Positions 27,976 through 43,020 of a DNA stretch of 64,000 nucleotides are shown here, in pieces; within the stretch, counting starts at the first letter, position 1, and every line of letters starts with the position of its first letter. Below the pieces are notes generated by a model that was given only the letters and a program-made list of their open reading frames with translations, did no database searches and was not told the origin of the DNA. Origin of the DNA: Felis catus (taxonomy: Eukaryota); assembly GCF_018350175.1 (NCBI RefSeq), contig NC_058382.1:61010001-61074000 (forward strand), written 5' to 3'. The position numbers were made by a program, and so were the translations under genes.

Positions 27976-29134
27976 TCGGGGTTCCCTGCTTCTGCTCAGA
28001 GTCACGGATTCAGGACTCGCCTGCTCGCGGCCTGTGTGTCAGGACTTTCGTCCTCTGTGTGGCCCAGCAACATTCCGTCACCTAGCTGTGGCGCCGCTTG
28101 TTTGTGGTGCATCTGCTGGTGGCCCTTCAGGCTGTTTCCCCTTTCTGCCTGTCATGATCCGCGCTGTGAACCTTTGTGTGCACGTCGTTGAGTCCCTGAT
28201 TTCAGTTCTTTCGGGGACTGACCCAGGAGCGGGATCGCTGGATCGTGTGCTGAGGCCGTGTGTCACTTTGAGGAGCCACCAAACCTTTTTTGCACAGCAG
28301 CTGCCCGGTTCACGTTCGCACCACTAACATGCGAGCTCCGGAGTGCCCACATTCTTGTCAACACTGTCCTTGTCTGTCTGGGTTTAAAGACCCATGACAG
28401 AGCACTCCCCTAGTGGATGTGACACAGCTCACTGCGGTTTCGATTTGCGGTTCCCTGGCGGCTGGTGATGTGGGACATCCTTTCCTAGGCTTATTGGCCA
28501 CATACATGTCTTTGGAGAAATGATTGTTCGGATTGTTTGCATGTTTTTTGCTTAGGTTGCTTGCCTTTTTGTTGTTCAGTTTTAAGTATTCTTTACATAT
28601 TCTGGATACTGGGCCTTATCAGAGATACAGTTTGCAAATATTTCCTCTCATCCTGTGAGTTGTCTGTTCCCTTTCTCATATTGTCCTTTGATGCAAAAAT
28701 ATTGTAATGTTGGCGAGGTTCAATTTACTTTTTCCTTTATGCTCATCCTTTTGGTGTCATGTAAGAAACTTACTAAATTCAAGATTATGAATATTTGCAC
28801 CTGTGGGTTTTTTTCCTACGCATTTTACAATTTCAGTGCTTTGATTTAGGGCTTTCATCCAGTTTGAGTTACTTTTTGCATGTGGTGTTAGATAAGAGTT
28901 CATCTAAATTGCCGTGCATGTGGACAGATTGCCCAGCACCGTTTGTGGAAAGACTTGTTCTTTCCCCCACTGAACTGCGTCCGGTGTGGCCAGCTGTGTG
29001 GTCAACGTCTGGACTTTTCCATTTTAGTCCCTTGGTGTGTTTGTCCTCGTGCCTTACCACACCGTCTTGATAACTGTAGCTTTGTAGTATGTGAAGTGTG
29101 AGCCCTCCAACTCTGTTCCTCTTTTTCAGTATAT

Positions 29135-29248
29135 TTTTTTAAGATTTTATTTTGAAGTAACCTCTACACCCAATGTGGGGCTTGAACCCACAATCCCAAG
29201 GTCAAGAGTCGCACACTCCACCAACTGAGCCGGCCGACGGGCACCCCC
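29135..29248 (-). mobile_element. Short tRNA-derived CAN-SINE
   Basis: tctacacccaatgtggggcttgaacccacaatcccaaggtcaagagtcgcac. Confidence 0.8.
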
Positions 29249-29555
29249 GAGATTGTTTTGACTATTTGGAATCACTGGCAGTTTCATATGAATTTTAGGA
29301 TCACTTTTTCTAGTTCTGCCAAAAAGACCATTGGGATATTGGTAGGGATTGCATGGAATCTGTTTAACGCTTTGGAGATATTTGGACATACTGCCACCTT
29401 AGCAGTACAAAGTCCCCCAATCCTTGAACACAACATGTCTTTCCTTCTGTTGAGATCATCTTTAATTTCTTTCAGAAATGTTTTGTGGTTTTGGGTATAC
29501 AAGTCTAATGCTTCCTTGGTTGAATTTATTCCTGAAGTATTTAATTCTTTTATTT

Positions 29556-29666
29556 AAGTTTTTTTTAAGTTTATTTAAGCAATCTGGACACCCAGCCCGG
29601 GGCTTGAACTCATGACCCCAAGCTCAAGACCCTCATGCTCCATCGACTGGGCCAGCCAGGCACCCC
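29556..29666 (-). mobile_element. Short tRNA-derived CAN-SINE
   Basis: ggggcttgaactcatgaccccaagctcaagac...ccaggcacccc. Confidence 0.8.
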
Positions 29667-30717
29667 AATTTTATTCTTTTTAATATTATTGTGTGCGAAA
29701 TTACAAGTTTCCTTTTCAGATTGTTCATTGCTAATGTGTAAAAATACAAGTGATTTTTAGGATACTGATCTTGTATGTTTGCAACTTTGCTGAATTCCTT
29801 TATAAGTGCTGATGTTATGTTTGTGGGTTTTTAAAAGGTTTTTTACATATAAGATGCCATCTGCAATTAGAGATACTTTTCTTTTTCTGCCTAATGGCTC
29901 TAGCTAGGACTTCTAGTGCAGTATTGAATAGAAGTGGAAGTGGGCATCCTTGTGCCTGATCTTAGAGGGAGAGCTTTCTGTCTTTCACCACTGATTCTGA
30001 CACTAGGTTTGGGTTTTCCAAAGTTCCCTTTGTCATTTTGAGATCTATTCTTTCCATTCCTAGTTTAGGTGTTTTTATCATGAAATGAAATGATGTTGAA
30101 ATTTTCTCTTCCTTCTATTAGTGTGGTGTATTACATTGATTAATTTTTGTATGTTGAATCATCTTTGTATTCCTGGGATAAATCGCACATCATCATGGTG
30201 TCTAATAATTTTAATATGCTGCTGGATTATATTTGCTAGTGTTTTCTTGAAGATATTTGCATCTATATTCTTAAGATACTGGTTTATGCTTTTCTTCTTG
30301 TGGTATTTTTGGCTTTATTATCAAGGTTATGTTGGAATTATAGAATGAGTTAAGGGGTGTTCCCTACTATTGTTTGGGAGAGTTTGGGATGGATTGGTGT
30401 TAGTTCTTTAATATTTGGTAGAATTTACCCACCAAGCCATCTGGTCCAGGGCTTTCCTTTCTCAGGATGGTGTTGATTATTGACTCAATCTTAGTATAGG
30501 GTGTGTCTAGATTTTCTATTTATTCTTGGTTTCAGTAACCTCTGCATTTCTAGGAATTTGTCCATGTCACAGGATTTCTATTATGCTCGCATTTAATTGT
30601 TCAGTCTTCTCTCATCCTCTTTTATTTCTGTAAAATCCAGTTGTTTTCTGGTTCACTTCTGATTTTAGTAATTTGCGTCTTGTTTTTTCTTAGCCCGTAT
30701 AAAGAATTGTCCATTTT

Positions 30718-30922
30718 GGGGGCGCCTGGGTGGCTCAGTCAGTTAAGTGTCCCACCCTTGATTTCAGCTGGGGTCATGATCTCACAGTTCTTGAGTTCGG
30801 GCCCTGCATCGGGCTCTGCACTGACAGCATGGAGCCTGATTGGGACGGTCTCCTCTCTGCCCCTCCCCCATATGCACGCGTGCGCGCTCTGTCTCAAAAT
30901 AAATAAGAAAAAAAAAAAAAAA
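30718..30922 (+). mobile_element. CAN-SINE
   Basis: ggggcgcctgggtggctcagtcagttaag...A tail; degenerate TSD aagaa(t/a)tg(t/c)ccattttg. Confidence 0.92.
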
Positions 30923-30998
30923 GAAATGCCCATTTTGTTGATCTTTCCAAAGAACTAGCTTTTGTTGATTCTGTTTCCATTGTTTCATTTATCTCTTC

Positions 30999-31572
30999 TG
31001 TTAACCTTAAAAATAAAACTGCCAATTATTTTACCAGCAAAAATGTCTTTATTCTGGAATGGCAGAGAATGGTACTCCAAGACCAGCGAGCCAGATCAAA
31101 GCCTTATTGCAGAAGGCAGGAGAGAGGGTGGGGCTGTTGTAAACTAAAAGTCCATTGGAGTAAACTGGAAGCTGGAGGTATAGAGGCTTCGCATTGGCTG
31201 GGCTGTGGCCGTCTCCCATTGGCTGGGCTCTAGCAGTCTCCCATTGGCTGGGCTATGGCCGTCTCCCATTGGCTGGGCTCTAGCAGTCTCCCATTGGCTG
31301 GCTATGGCCATCTCCCATTGGCTGGGCTCTAGCAGTCTCCCATTGGCTGGCTATGGCCGTCTCCCATTGGCTGGGTTCTAACAGTCTCCCATTGGCTGGA
31401 CTGTTGCTGGGGCAGGAGGAAGCCTTCCTTTCCCCTGCTGGGATAGTAAAGTGGTAGCCGCAAGCAGGATGCTTGCCTTCTGTTGGGTCTGCATTTGAAA
31501 GCAGTGCTGGGTGTGAGGCGCCCCCTGCCGGCCGACTCCACTGTAGACAAAGTTTCCTTTTATTCCCACACA
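30999..31572 (-). mobile_element. LTR inserted in L1, with an internal CCAAT tandem array
   Basis: TG...CA ends interrupting L1 sequence; minus-strand AATAAA near 31050; nine CATTGGCTG repeats. Confidence 0.65.
31190..31400. repeat. ~25 bp tandem repeat (alternating 50 bp dimer), nine copies of CATTGGCTG
   Basis: gtctcccattggctgggctctagca alternates with gtctcccattggctgg(g)ctatggcc. Confidence 0.95.
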
Positions 31573-31703
31573 TCTATTGGCTTTGGGTTTAGTTTGCTCT
31601 CTTCTTGTTCCTTAAAGTGTAAAGTTAGGTTGTCGATTTGTCTTTTGTGCAGCAGGCACTTATAGCTAGAGTCCCCCCACACTGCATTTGCTGTATCCTG
31701 TAA

Positions 31704-35094
<3,391 letters not shown>

Positions 35095-35367
35095 ACTTAG
35101 GGGGGCTTGTTGTGTGGCCTGACAAGTGATCTGTCCTTGAGAATGTTCCATGTGTACTTGAGAAGAGAGTTTATTCTGCTATTGTTGGGTAAGACGTTCT
35201 ACAGATGTCTGCTTAGCCTATGGGTTCGAGTCTTCTATTCCAAATTTCTGTCTGGTTGCTCAATCTGTTATGGAACTGGGGACCTAAAACTTCCAGTTAT
35301 TGTTGTAGAACTGTCTGTTTCTCTGTTTATATGTTTACAGTTGTTGTATCTCCTTGATGGACTTTCC

Positions 35368-35592
35368 TTTTTTTTTTTTAATTTTTTTTCCACGTTTATT
35401 TATTTTTGGGACAGAGAGAGACAGAGCATGAACGGGGGAGGGGCAGAGAGAGAGGGAGACACAGAATCGGAAACAGGCTCCAGGCTCCGAGCCATCAGCC
35501 CAGAGCCCGACGCGGGGCTCGAACTCACGGACCGCGAGATCGTGACCTGGCTGAAGTCGGACGCTTAACCGACTGCGCCACCCAGGCGCCCC
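35368..35592 (-). mobile_element. Young felid CAN-SINE (SINEC_Fc-like)
   Basis: CpG-rich, near consensus; TSD tggactttcctttt. Confidence 0.95.
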
Positions 35593-35657
35593 TGGACTTT
35601 CCTTTTTAAGATTAACTGTAATATCTTTCTTTGAGTCTTGTGACAACTTTAAAAAAA

Positions 35658-35679
35658 TTTTTTTTAATGTTTATTTATT

Positions 35680-35739
<60 letters not shown>

Positions 35740-35908
35740 TGTGAGCCAAGAAGGGGCACAGAGAGAGAGGGAGACCCAGAACCCGAAGCAGGCTCCAGGC
35801 TCCGAGCTGTCGGCACAGAGCCCGACGCGGGGCTGGAACCCACGGACCGTGAGACCGTGACCTGAGCCCAAGTCTGGTGCTGAACCAACTGAGCTCCCCA
35901 GGCGCCCC
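35658..35908 (-). mobile_element. CAN-SINE with expanded (GA)n
   Basis: (GA)~25 at 35683-35733; TSD tcttgtgacaacttt. Confidence 0.93.
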
Positions 35909-36417
35909 TCTTGTGACAACTTTTAAGTTATATTCCACTTGGATGTTCGTAGAAGCAGCCTAGTTTCTTATGGATTTACTTCTGCCGCTCGTTTTCGGTC
36001 TTAGATGTGTTTGGCTAGTTCTCAGCTCCTCCATCACAGCCTGTCTTTGTATTTTGTTGATTGGAAAACGATACCATTTTAATTCCCTTCTTTCTGTTTC
36101 TATGTGTGTTTTCGTTATCTGTTAGTGGTGACCTTAGGGATTACAGTTAACGTGACAACCTGGTCTGAACCTGGAACACACCAGTATGAATAATACCAAT
36201 TAGTTTCAAAAGTCTACAAACACTTGTCCTGTACATCTCTTTGCCCCCTTTGTGTTGCTGTCGTCACAATTCACATCTGTAGCTTGTGTGCCTGTTAACA
36301 TCGACTTGTAACGACTTAGTGCATTTGCCTATTAAATGCTACAGGAAACGAGTTAAAACCACTCAGGACGTGGTAATGCTGGTTTTTATACTTCGCCTCT
36401 CGAGTCCCTTCACCCCG

Positions 36418-36751
36418 TGCTCCGTGCTGAATTGCGCCCCTCCCAAATTCACGTGTCGAAGCCCTAACTTCCAGTGCATTGGGGAGCGTCTGGTGTTTGG
36501 AAGCGAAACCTGTGGGAAGTGATTAGGTCTGTGGGTAGAGCCTCGGGATGCGATTGCTGCCCCTGTAAGAAGACACAGGGGAGGGACGCTTTTCTCTGCA
36601 CCGTGTGAGGACAAGCGAGGAAGAGGGCCCTCTCCAGACCTGCCGGCCTCTGGAGCTCAGACCTCCCAGCCTCCAGAACTGAGAGAAATGAATGTGGTTT
36701 GAGCCACGTAGAGCGTGGTATCTTGTCACGGCGTCCGGGCCGACTGAGGCA
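36418..36751 (+). mobile_element. MaLR LTR (MLT1-like)
   Basis: ctgaattgcgcccctcccaaattcacgtgtcgaagccctaa...cagcctccagaactgagagaaat...ttgtcacggc resembles MLT1 ends. Confidence 0.8.
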
Positions 36752-37954
36752 GCGGTGCCCCTCGTTTTTACTCACGACTTGGAGTTCCTGTCCAGCGTCT
36801 TTCCGTTTCACCCTGAAGGACCCCTGATAGCGCTTCCGTGGAGCAGGTCTGGTGATGAACTATCGCAGCTCTGATTTTTCTGGAACTGTCTTCATTCTTT
36901 CTTCACTCTTGAAGGTCCGTCTTGCCAGATACAGAATTCTCGATTGACAGTTCTTTTCTGACTTGAAAAATGTCCTCCCACTGCTCCGCGGCCTCCATGG
37001 TGTCTGAACAGGAGTCGGCTGTCGCTTTTCCCGAGGTCTCTTGTACGTGATGCCTCGCTTCTCTCCCACCGCTCTCCGGTGTGTCTCCGGCCATCTGACT
37101 CTCGTGTTTGTTGGGTTGGCTTTGAGTTTATCTGGCTTGGAGTTGACTGAGCTTCTTGGACTTGTATGTTCCTCTTTTTACTCAAACGTGGGAGTTTGGG
37201 GCCATTTCTTTAATATTTTTCTGCTCCTTTCTCCCTTCAGGAATTTCTATAATGCATGTCTTGCCGTGTTTTGTGGTCCCAAGAGTCTCTCAGGCTCTGT
37301 TCGTTTTTCCTCATCCGTTTTTCCTTCTGCCTCTCAGTCTGAATAATTTCTTCTGTCTCCAAGTTTGCGGATTCTTTTTCTGGTCTGCTCAAATCCACTG
37401 ACCCCCTTCTAGTGAATTTTTCATCTTAGTCATTGTACTTTGTAGCTTCAGAATCTGTTTGGTTCCTTTCTATACTATTTATTAATGTTGCCATTTAACC
37501 ACACATCGTTTTCCTGATTTAGTTCAGTCCTTTATCCGTGGTTTCCTCTGGTTGATTGTCTGGGGCCGTGTCGGCCCGTCCATAGCCGGTATTGTGGTAG
37601 GACCGGTCCTCGTGGTCCGCACTATGATTGCAAGATGTCTTTCGGCAATAACCGTCGGGAAACTTTGAAAAAACGAAAAGCTTGTCACTTACAGGACTTG
37701 GATGTGACACAGAACAGCCGGGGGCCCGTATGGCAGGGTTGTGGACAGAGCACATGCCCGGGCCTGCGGTTCCGCTTTTCTCGGGGTTGACGGCAGGGTT
37801 TTGTGGGCTCGCTGTTGGCGAATTTCAAACATAAAAGCTAGAATTAAAGTGCAGGAAGAGAAAAAAATAAGTGGCTCGAATGGTCAGTTTTCACAATCAA
37901 CCAAGATCTTTACTTATTTACTTATTTACTTACTTTAAAGTCAGGCAGATCTTG

Positions 37955-38170
37955 ATTTTTTTTTTTTAATGTTTTATTTATTTTTGGGAGAGAGACAAGA
38001 GTGCGAGCGGGGGAGGAGCAGAGAGAGGGAGACACAGAATCCGAAGCAGGATCCAGGGTCCGAGCTGTCACAGAGCCTGACGCGAGGATCGAACTCGTGA
38101 GCCGTGAGATGGGATCATGACCTGAGCTGAAGTCGGACGTTTAACCGACTGAGCCACCCAGGTGCCCCCC
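37955..38170 (-). mobile_element. CAN-SINE
   Basis: gagacacagaatccgaagcagg...gagccacccaggtgccccc. Confidence 0.9.
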
Positions 38171-38364
38171 AAATCAACCAAGATCTTGAAAACAAAGGAA
38201 CCTCCATCAGGGGAAGCAACCTGGTTTCTTATCTAGGGGCATAGCTGGCTTTGCAGTGCACACCTCGGGATCAAAGCCTAAGCCTGGTACTTGGATTACA
38301 AAAAAACAAAGAAAAAAACCAACCGTCACGGCCTACACCACACTTTTTAAACATATGAAATACT

Positions 38365-38580
38365 GGGGCGCCTGGGGGGCTCAGTCGGTGAAGCATCCGA
38401 CCTGGGCTCAGGTCAAGGTTTGTGGGTTGGAGCCCCGCGTCGGGCTCTGTGCCGACGGCTCGGATCCTGGAGCTGCTTCGGGTTCTGTGTCTCCCTCCCT
38501 GTCTGCCCCTCCTCCGCTTGCGCTCTGTCTCTCTCTCCTGTCTCGAAAATAAATAACGGTAAAAAAAAATTAAATAAAAA
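38365..38580 (+). mobile_element. CAN-SINE
   Basis: ggggcgcctggggggctcagtcgg...aaaataaataa. Confidence 0.9.
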
Positions 38581-39726
38581 CATGGTTAATACAGTTTGCC
38601 TGACACCTATGATGATGCTTCCTCAGGGATAGTTTCTGCCAAAAGACGTTCCCTTATGAACGAGACGAAGTTTCCGGTTTCTTTCTGTTTTATAATTTTT
38701 TCTCGGGGAGCGGCTTTTTGGGAACCATGCTGTGGTAACTCTGTGGGTCATTTTTGCGCATTTTTTAAAGGTTGCCGTATCTCGAAGGCTGGATTTGTTC
38801 ATTTGTGACTTTGCCAGGTGATCCCTGCCAAGTGTGTGTTCCTCGTGGCGGGGGAGCCGCTGAGATTCCTCTTAGCTGTGCAGTCAGCCAGCGACCTGAC
38901 GATTCCCTTAAACGTGCGGCTCCCAAAACAGGGCGGGGGGGGGGGGGGGGGGGGAGGGAACCACCACCACCAGAAAACAGATACGATTTCTTTACATCTC
39001 CAGAAAGCCACTTCAGCCCACGGAGTGTTAAATCATGACCACCGTCCCTTTTTCTGGCCCTTTAGTCACAAAAACAGCCATTAGCAGCCAGCACCCCTGT
39101 CTTTGGGGATCAGGTCCTCCCTGCACACGCCCGTCTAGCGCGCCCCTCCGGGAGCGCGGGCCCCCACGGCAGGGGTGCGAGGTGGCGGGTGCCCGCGTGC
39201 AGAAGGCTGAGCTGCACCTAAATTGCCTGGACCCTTCATCAAGACTTGCTGCGGATTGATCATCCGGCCTCCAGAGTTCCCAAAGGGCTCCTCCAGATGG
39301 TTTCCGCCGGCTCAGCAAGGGGGGGGGGGGGGGGGGGGGAAGGGCTCCCAGAGCTTCCTGTGTCTTCTCAGCTCTTCCCTACACCCCCCTACACCCCGTG
39401 ACCCAAATTCAGGGGCTTATTTCTTTGAGCATTCCTGGTCGTTATACGTTAAGTTGGATCCCAGAGTTCTGAGAGGCCGATCCTGTTTTTGTTAGCTTAA
39501 TCACTGCCGCGATGGAGCGATGGGGTTTTGGAACTTTCACGTCACCATTTTTTTGTGCTGCAATTTCTTTTGAGAAACCCGTTTTCCAAGTCGGCGCACC
39601 GTTTTATGTCTGCGCCACGAGTTCGCCGGGATGGCGTTTCTTCCACGCCCTCACCGGCACGCTCTTTGGCCCGGGTGCGAGCACACTCGTCGTCGTTTCG
39701 GCCGTTCCGTTAAATGCGAAGCAGCG

Positions 39727-39905
39727 CGGCGCCCGGGCTCTTGGTCAAGACTCCAGCCCGGCTCAGGTCACGATCTCCCGGCTCAGGAGTTCGAGCCTTT
39801 CATTGGGCTCTGTGCCGACAGCTGCAGAACCCGCTCCGGATCCTCTGTCCCCACACCCTCCGCCCCTCCCCAGTTTGCGCGCACGCTCTCTCTAAAAGAA
39901 ATAAA
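39727..39905 (+). mobile_element. Degenerate CAN-SINE
   Basis: gctcaggtcacgatctc...gagttcgagcc...gggctctgtgccgacag. Confidence 0.75.
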
Positions 39906-40985
39906 CGAGCAAACAGACAGGAAGCAGTGGCTCGTGCTGGCTCGCGTCAACTTGCGCGGCGGTGTGCGTGCGGGAAGTATGCTGGGGGGTTGTAGACTGA
40001 TCTTCTAGCCGGTAGCAGTTGTCGAAAGGTTGCGTTGATTTTTCAGTAGGCAGTCATGTTGCCTAGAAATACAGACCGACACGCTTCTTGCCTCATAATC
40101 TGGTGACCTTTTATTTTGCTCGCCTTATTCTTAGGGCTGGATTGACCTGTGCGACGCCGAACAGAAGGGGCGAGAAAGAGTATCCTTGTCTTAGCCCTGA
40201 TCTTAGGGCAAAACATTCCGTCTTTCACCATTAAATATGATGTTAGCTGTAGCTTTGCCAGAGAGGCTCTTTTTGGGGGCGTGTAAATTCCTTTTTCATT
40301 CAAGTTTTCTGGGAGTTTTATGGGTGTGGGGGGGCGCCCGGCTGGCTCAGTCAGAGAGTGTGTGACTCTTGATCTCGGGGTTGTGGGTGTGGACATTACT
40401 TAAATACACGTAAAAAACAAGCAGACGGTGGATTTTGTAAAAAGCTTTTTCTGAATCTACATGGATTGTCGTTTTTTTTAACCTTTGTTAATAGGGTTAT
40501 CACTTTGTTCTTTACTCTGTTAACGTGGTGAATGACACGGGTTAACTTAGAATGTCAAACCAACCTTGGTACTCCTGGAATAAAGCCTACTTTGTAATGA
40601 TATGTTATCCTTTTAGTGGATTGTTAAATTTGGTTTATGAAAATTTTGTTTAGAATTTTTGTCTTCCTGTTCATCGGGGATACTGGTCTATGGTTGTCTT
40701 TGCCTCTTTCTGGGCTATTTGGATACGTAGCATATCCAAATAGGATAACACTGGCCTCATGGAGTGGGTTGGAAAATATTCTTTCCTTTTCAATTTTTTT
40801 GGAAGATTTTCTATAGAGTTTGTATTATATCTTTCTTAAGTGTTTGGTGGAATTCGACAGTGAAACTATCAGGAAGCAGAGGTTTTTTAATGGAAATATT
40901 TAAAACTACACATCCAGTGTCTAACAGATGTAGAACTATTCAGATTGTATATTGTTTTCATTTAAGTGTAGTTAACACGCAGCGA

Positions 40986-41195
40986 GGGGCGCCTGGGGGG
41001 CTCAGTCGGTTGAGCGGCCGACTTCGGCTCAGGTCACGATCTCACAGTCCGTGAGTTCGGTCCCCGTGTCAGGCTCTGTGCTGAAAGTTGGGAGCCTGGA
41101 GCCTCCTTCAGAGTCTGTGTCTCCCTCTCTCTCTGCCCCTCCCCTGCTCGTGCTCTCTGTCTCAAAAATAAATAAAAACACTAAAAAAAAAAGAA
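40986..41195 (+). mobile_element. CAN-SINE
   Basis: ggggcgcctgggggctcagtcggttgagcg...A tail. Confidence 0.92.
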
Positions 41196-41399
41196 AACCA
41201 CCGTGCAGTATTGTTGGCATCAGGTGTACAATCTAGTGATTCAGCAGTTCCTGCCTTGCTCGCTCGCACCCATCATGATACTTGCCCCTCCAGCCTGTAT
41301 CTGACGCCTCCCCCTGCAACTCCCGTCTGGCAGCTACCAGTGTGTTCTCTGTAAGAGTGTGTTTCTTGTCTTTTGTCGTTTGTTCATTTGTTTCTTTTT

Positions 41400-41610
41400 A
41401 AAATTAAAAAAAATTTTTTTAATTTAATTTTGTGAGAAACTTTGTGCACGAGTGGGGGAGGGAGGGAGGGAGAGAGAGAGATAGAGAGAGACCCAAGCAG
41501 GCTCCATGCTGTGAACACAGAGCTGCATGCAGGGCTCGAACCCACAAACCGTGAGATCACGACCTGAGCTGAAGTCGGAGGCTCAACTGACTGAGCCACC
41601 CAGGGGCCCC
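41400..41610 (-). mobile_element. CAN-SINE
   Basis: gggctcgaacccacaaaccgtgagatcacgacctgagctgaagtcgg. Confidence 0.9.
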
Positions 41611-41750
41611 AGGATATTTTGAGTTTTTAAACTTTATTCCTTTGAATTTGAAAAATGGATCTGTAAACCCCACATCACGCCTCCAGTGTTAGTGCGGTTT
41701 ATCTTTTCCGTCTTTTTACTTTCAACCTGCTTGTGTTCTACTTAAAGTGG

Positions 41751-41972
41751 ATTTTTTTTTTAATGTTTGTTTATTTTTGAGAGACAGAGAGAGACGGAGA
41801 CAGAGCATGAGCAGGAGAGGGGCAGAGAGAGAGGGAGACACAGAATCGGAAGCAGGCTCCAGGCTCCGAGCTGCCAGCACAGAGCCCGACGTGGGGTTCG
41901 AACCTACAAGCCGTGAGATCATGACCTGAGCCGAAGTCGGACACCTTACCGACTGAGCCCCCCAGGCGCCCC
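41751..41972 (-). mobile_element. CAN-SINE
   Basis: Full length; TSD taaagtggatt. Confidence 0.93.
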
Positions 41973-42639
41973 ATAAAGTGGATTCTTGTAGGCAGCATAG
42001 AGTCGAGTCTTGATTTTCCATCCCGTTTAACAGTTTCTGCTCTGGTTGGGATGTTGGGAACTTTCACACTTGATGTGACTGAGTCCGTCACCACGCTGTC
42101 CTTCCCGTCTCTTTGTTCGTTTTCCCTCTGTTTCTGCTTTGGGATCGTTTTTATGAATTCACTTTATTTCTCTTGTTGTCATGTTAGCTATACTTTCGTT
42201 GGTCTGTGCTCTGCTTTGGGGGTTTTAACATATGGCTAAAAGCATGTAATGTTAAGATGTTAAAAAGCCTGCCCTCTAGTGACAGGGTGTCGCTTCACAT
42301 GCACGCACCTTACAGGGGCGCACGGCCGTTTCTCCCGTGCTGCCGTCCCTGTTCTTGTAGGTCTCATGTCGTGTGTGCTGTCGTGCCCGTGATGCATGTT
42401 TCCTTTCTAAACAGGCAGTTCTGCTTTAAGCAAAGGTGTGAGATCGGTGTTCTGTGGTTAACCATGCAGTTCACGTTCCGGAAATCGTTTTTCTGCGTGG
42501 ATGCAGAATCCCGTCTCACACCGTTTTCCTTCTGTCTGCAGGCCCTCTTTTAATGGATCTCGTAGCCTGCGTTTCCTTGAGATTATTTCCGCTTCCGGGT
42601 GACAGAAATGTTTTCATTTTACGTACGTTTTTCTTCTTT

Positions 42640-43020
42640 TGTAGGTTGTGTCAAAACACACATACCCTAAAGTTCACCATCCTAAACGCTTTTAAGGGGA
42701 CAGCGTAGTGGTACTGAGTACAGTCAGAATGTTGTCCCCACCACCCGTCCCCGGAGCCCTTTCGCCTCGTAACACGGGACTCCGTACCGGCTCAACAGTG
42801 AAGCCCGTTCTCTTTGGCGAAAGGCGGCTTCGAGCCCTTTGCCCGTTTTTGCATTGAGTTGCGTTTTTGTTGTTGAGTTTTAGGGGTTCTCTATATACCC
42901 CGGGTGGTCCCTCACAGAGGCGCCATTTGCAGGTGTTTTCTCCCGTCCGGCGGATTGCCTTTTTACCCCGCTGGCAGTGTCTTTTGCGGCACGACATTTA
43001 CCAAGGCTCCTGAAGGTCAG
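42640..43020 (-). mobile_element. L1MB-like 3' fragment, paralogous to the intron-4 L1
   Basis: 42823-43020 aligns by eye, with clear divergence, to 12394-12590. Confidence 0.75.

Larger units (their letters stand above)
39540..42640 (-). mobile_element. Degraded L1 fragments with SINE insertions
   Basis: Antisense L1 motifs (gttttccaagtcggcgcaccgttttatg; ctgatcttagggcaaaacattc; ggaattcgacagtgaaactatc). Confidence 0.7.

Noticed and set aside
29135..29666. tRNA-like A/B box sequences
   Set aside because: tRNA-derived CAN-SINE heads with A tails, not tRNA genes.
31190..31400. Regularly spaced repeats resembling a CRISPR array
   Set aside because: Eukaryotic DNA; the intervening sequences are themselves repeated rather than unique spacers, and there are no cas genes. 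It is an LTR-internal tandem repeat.
37590..37830. Possible MER21/ERVL-type LTR fragment
   Set aside because: The resemblance is too weak to call without a Dfam search.
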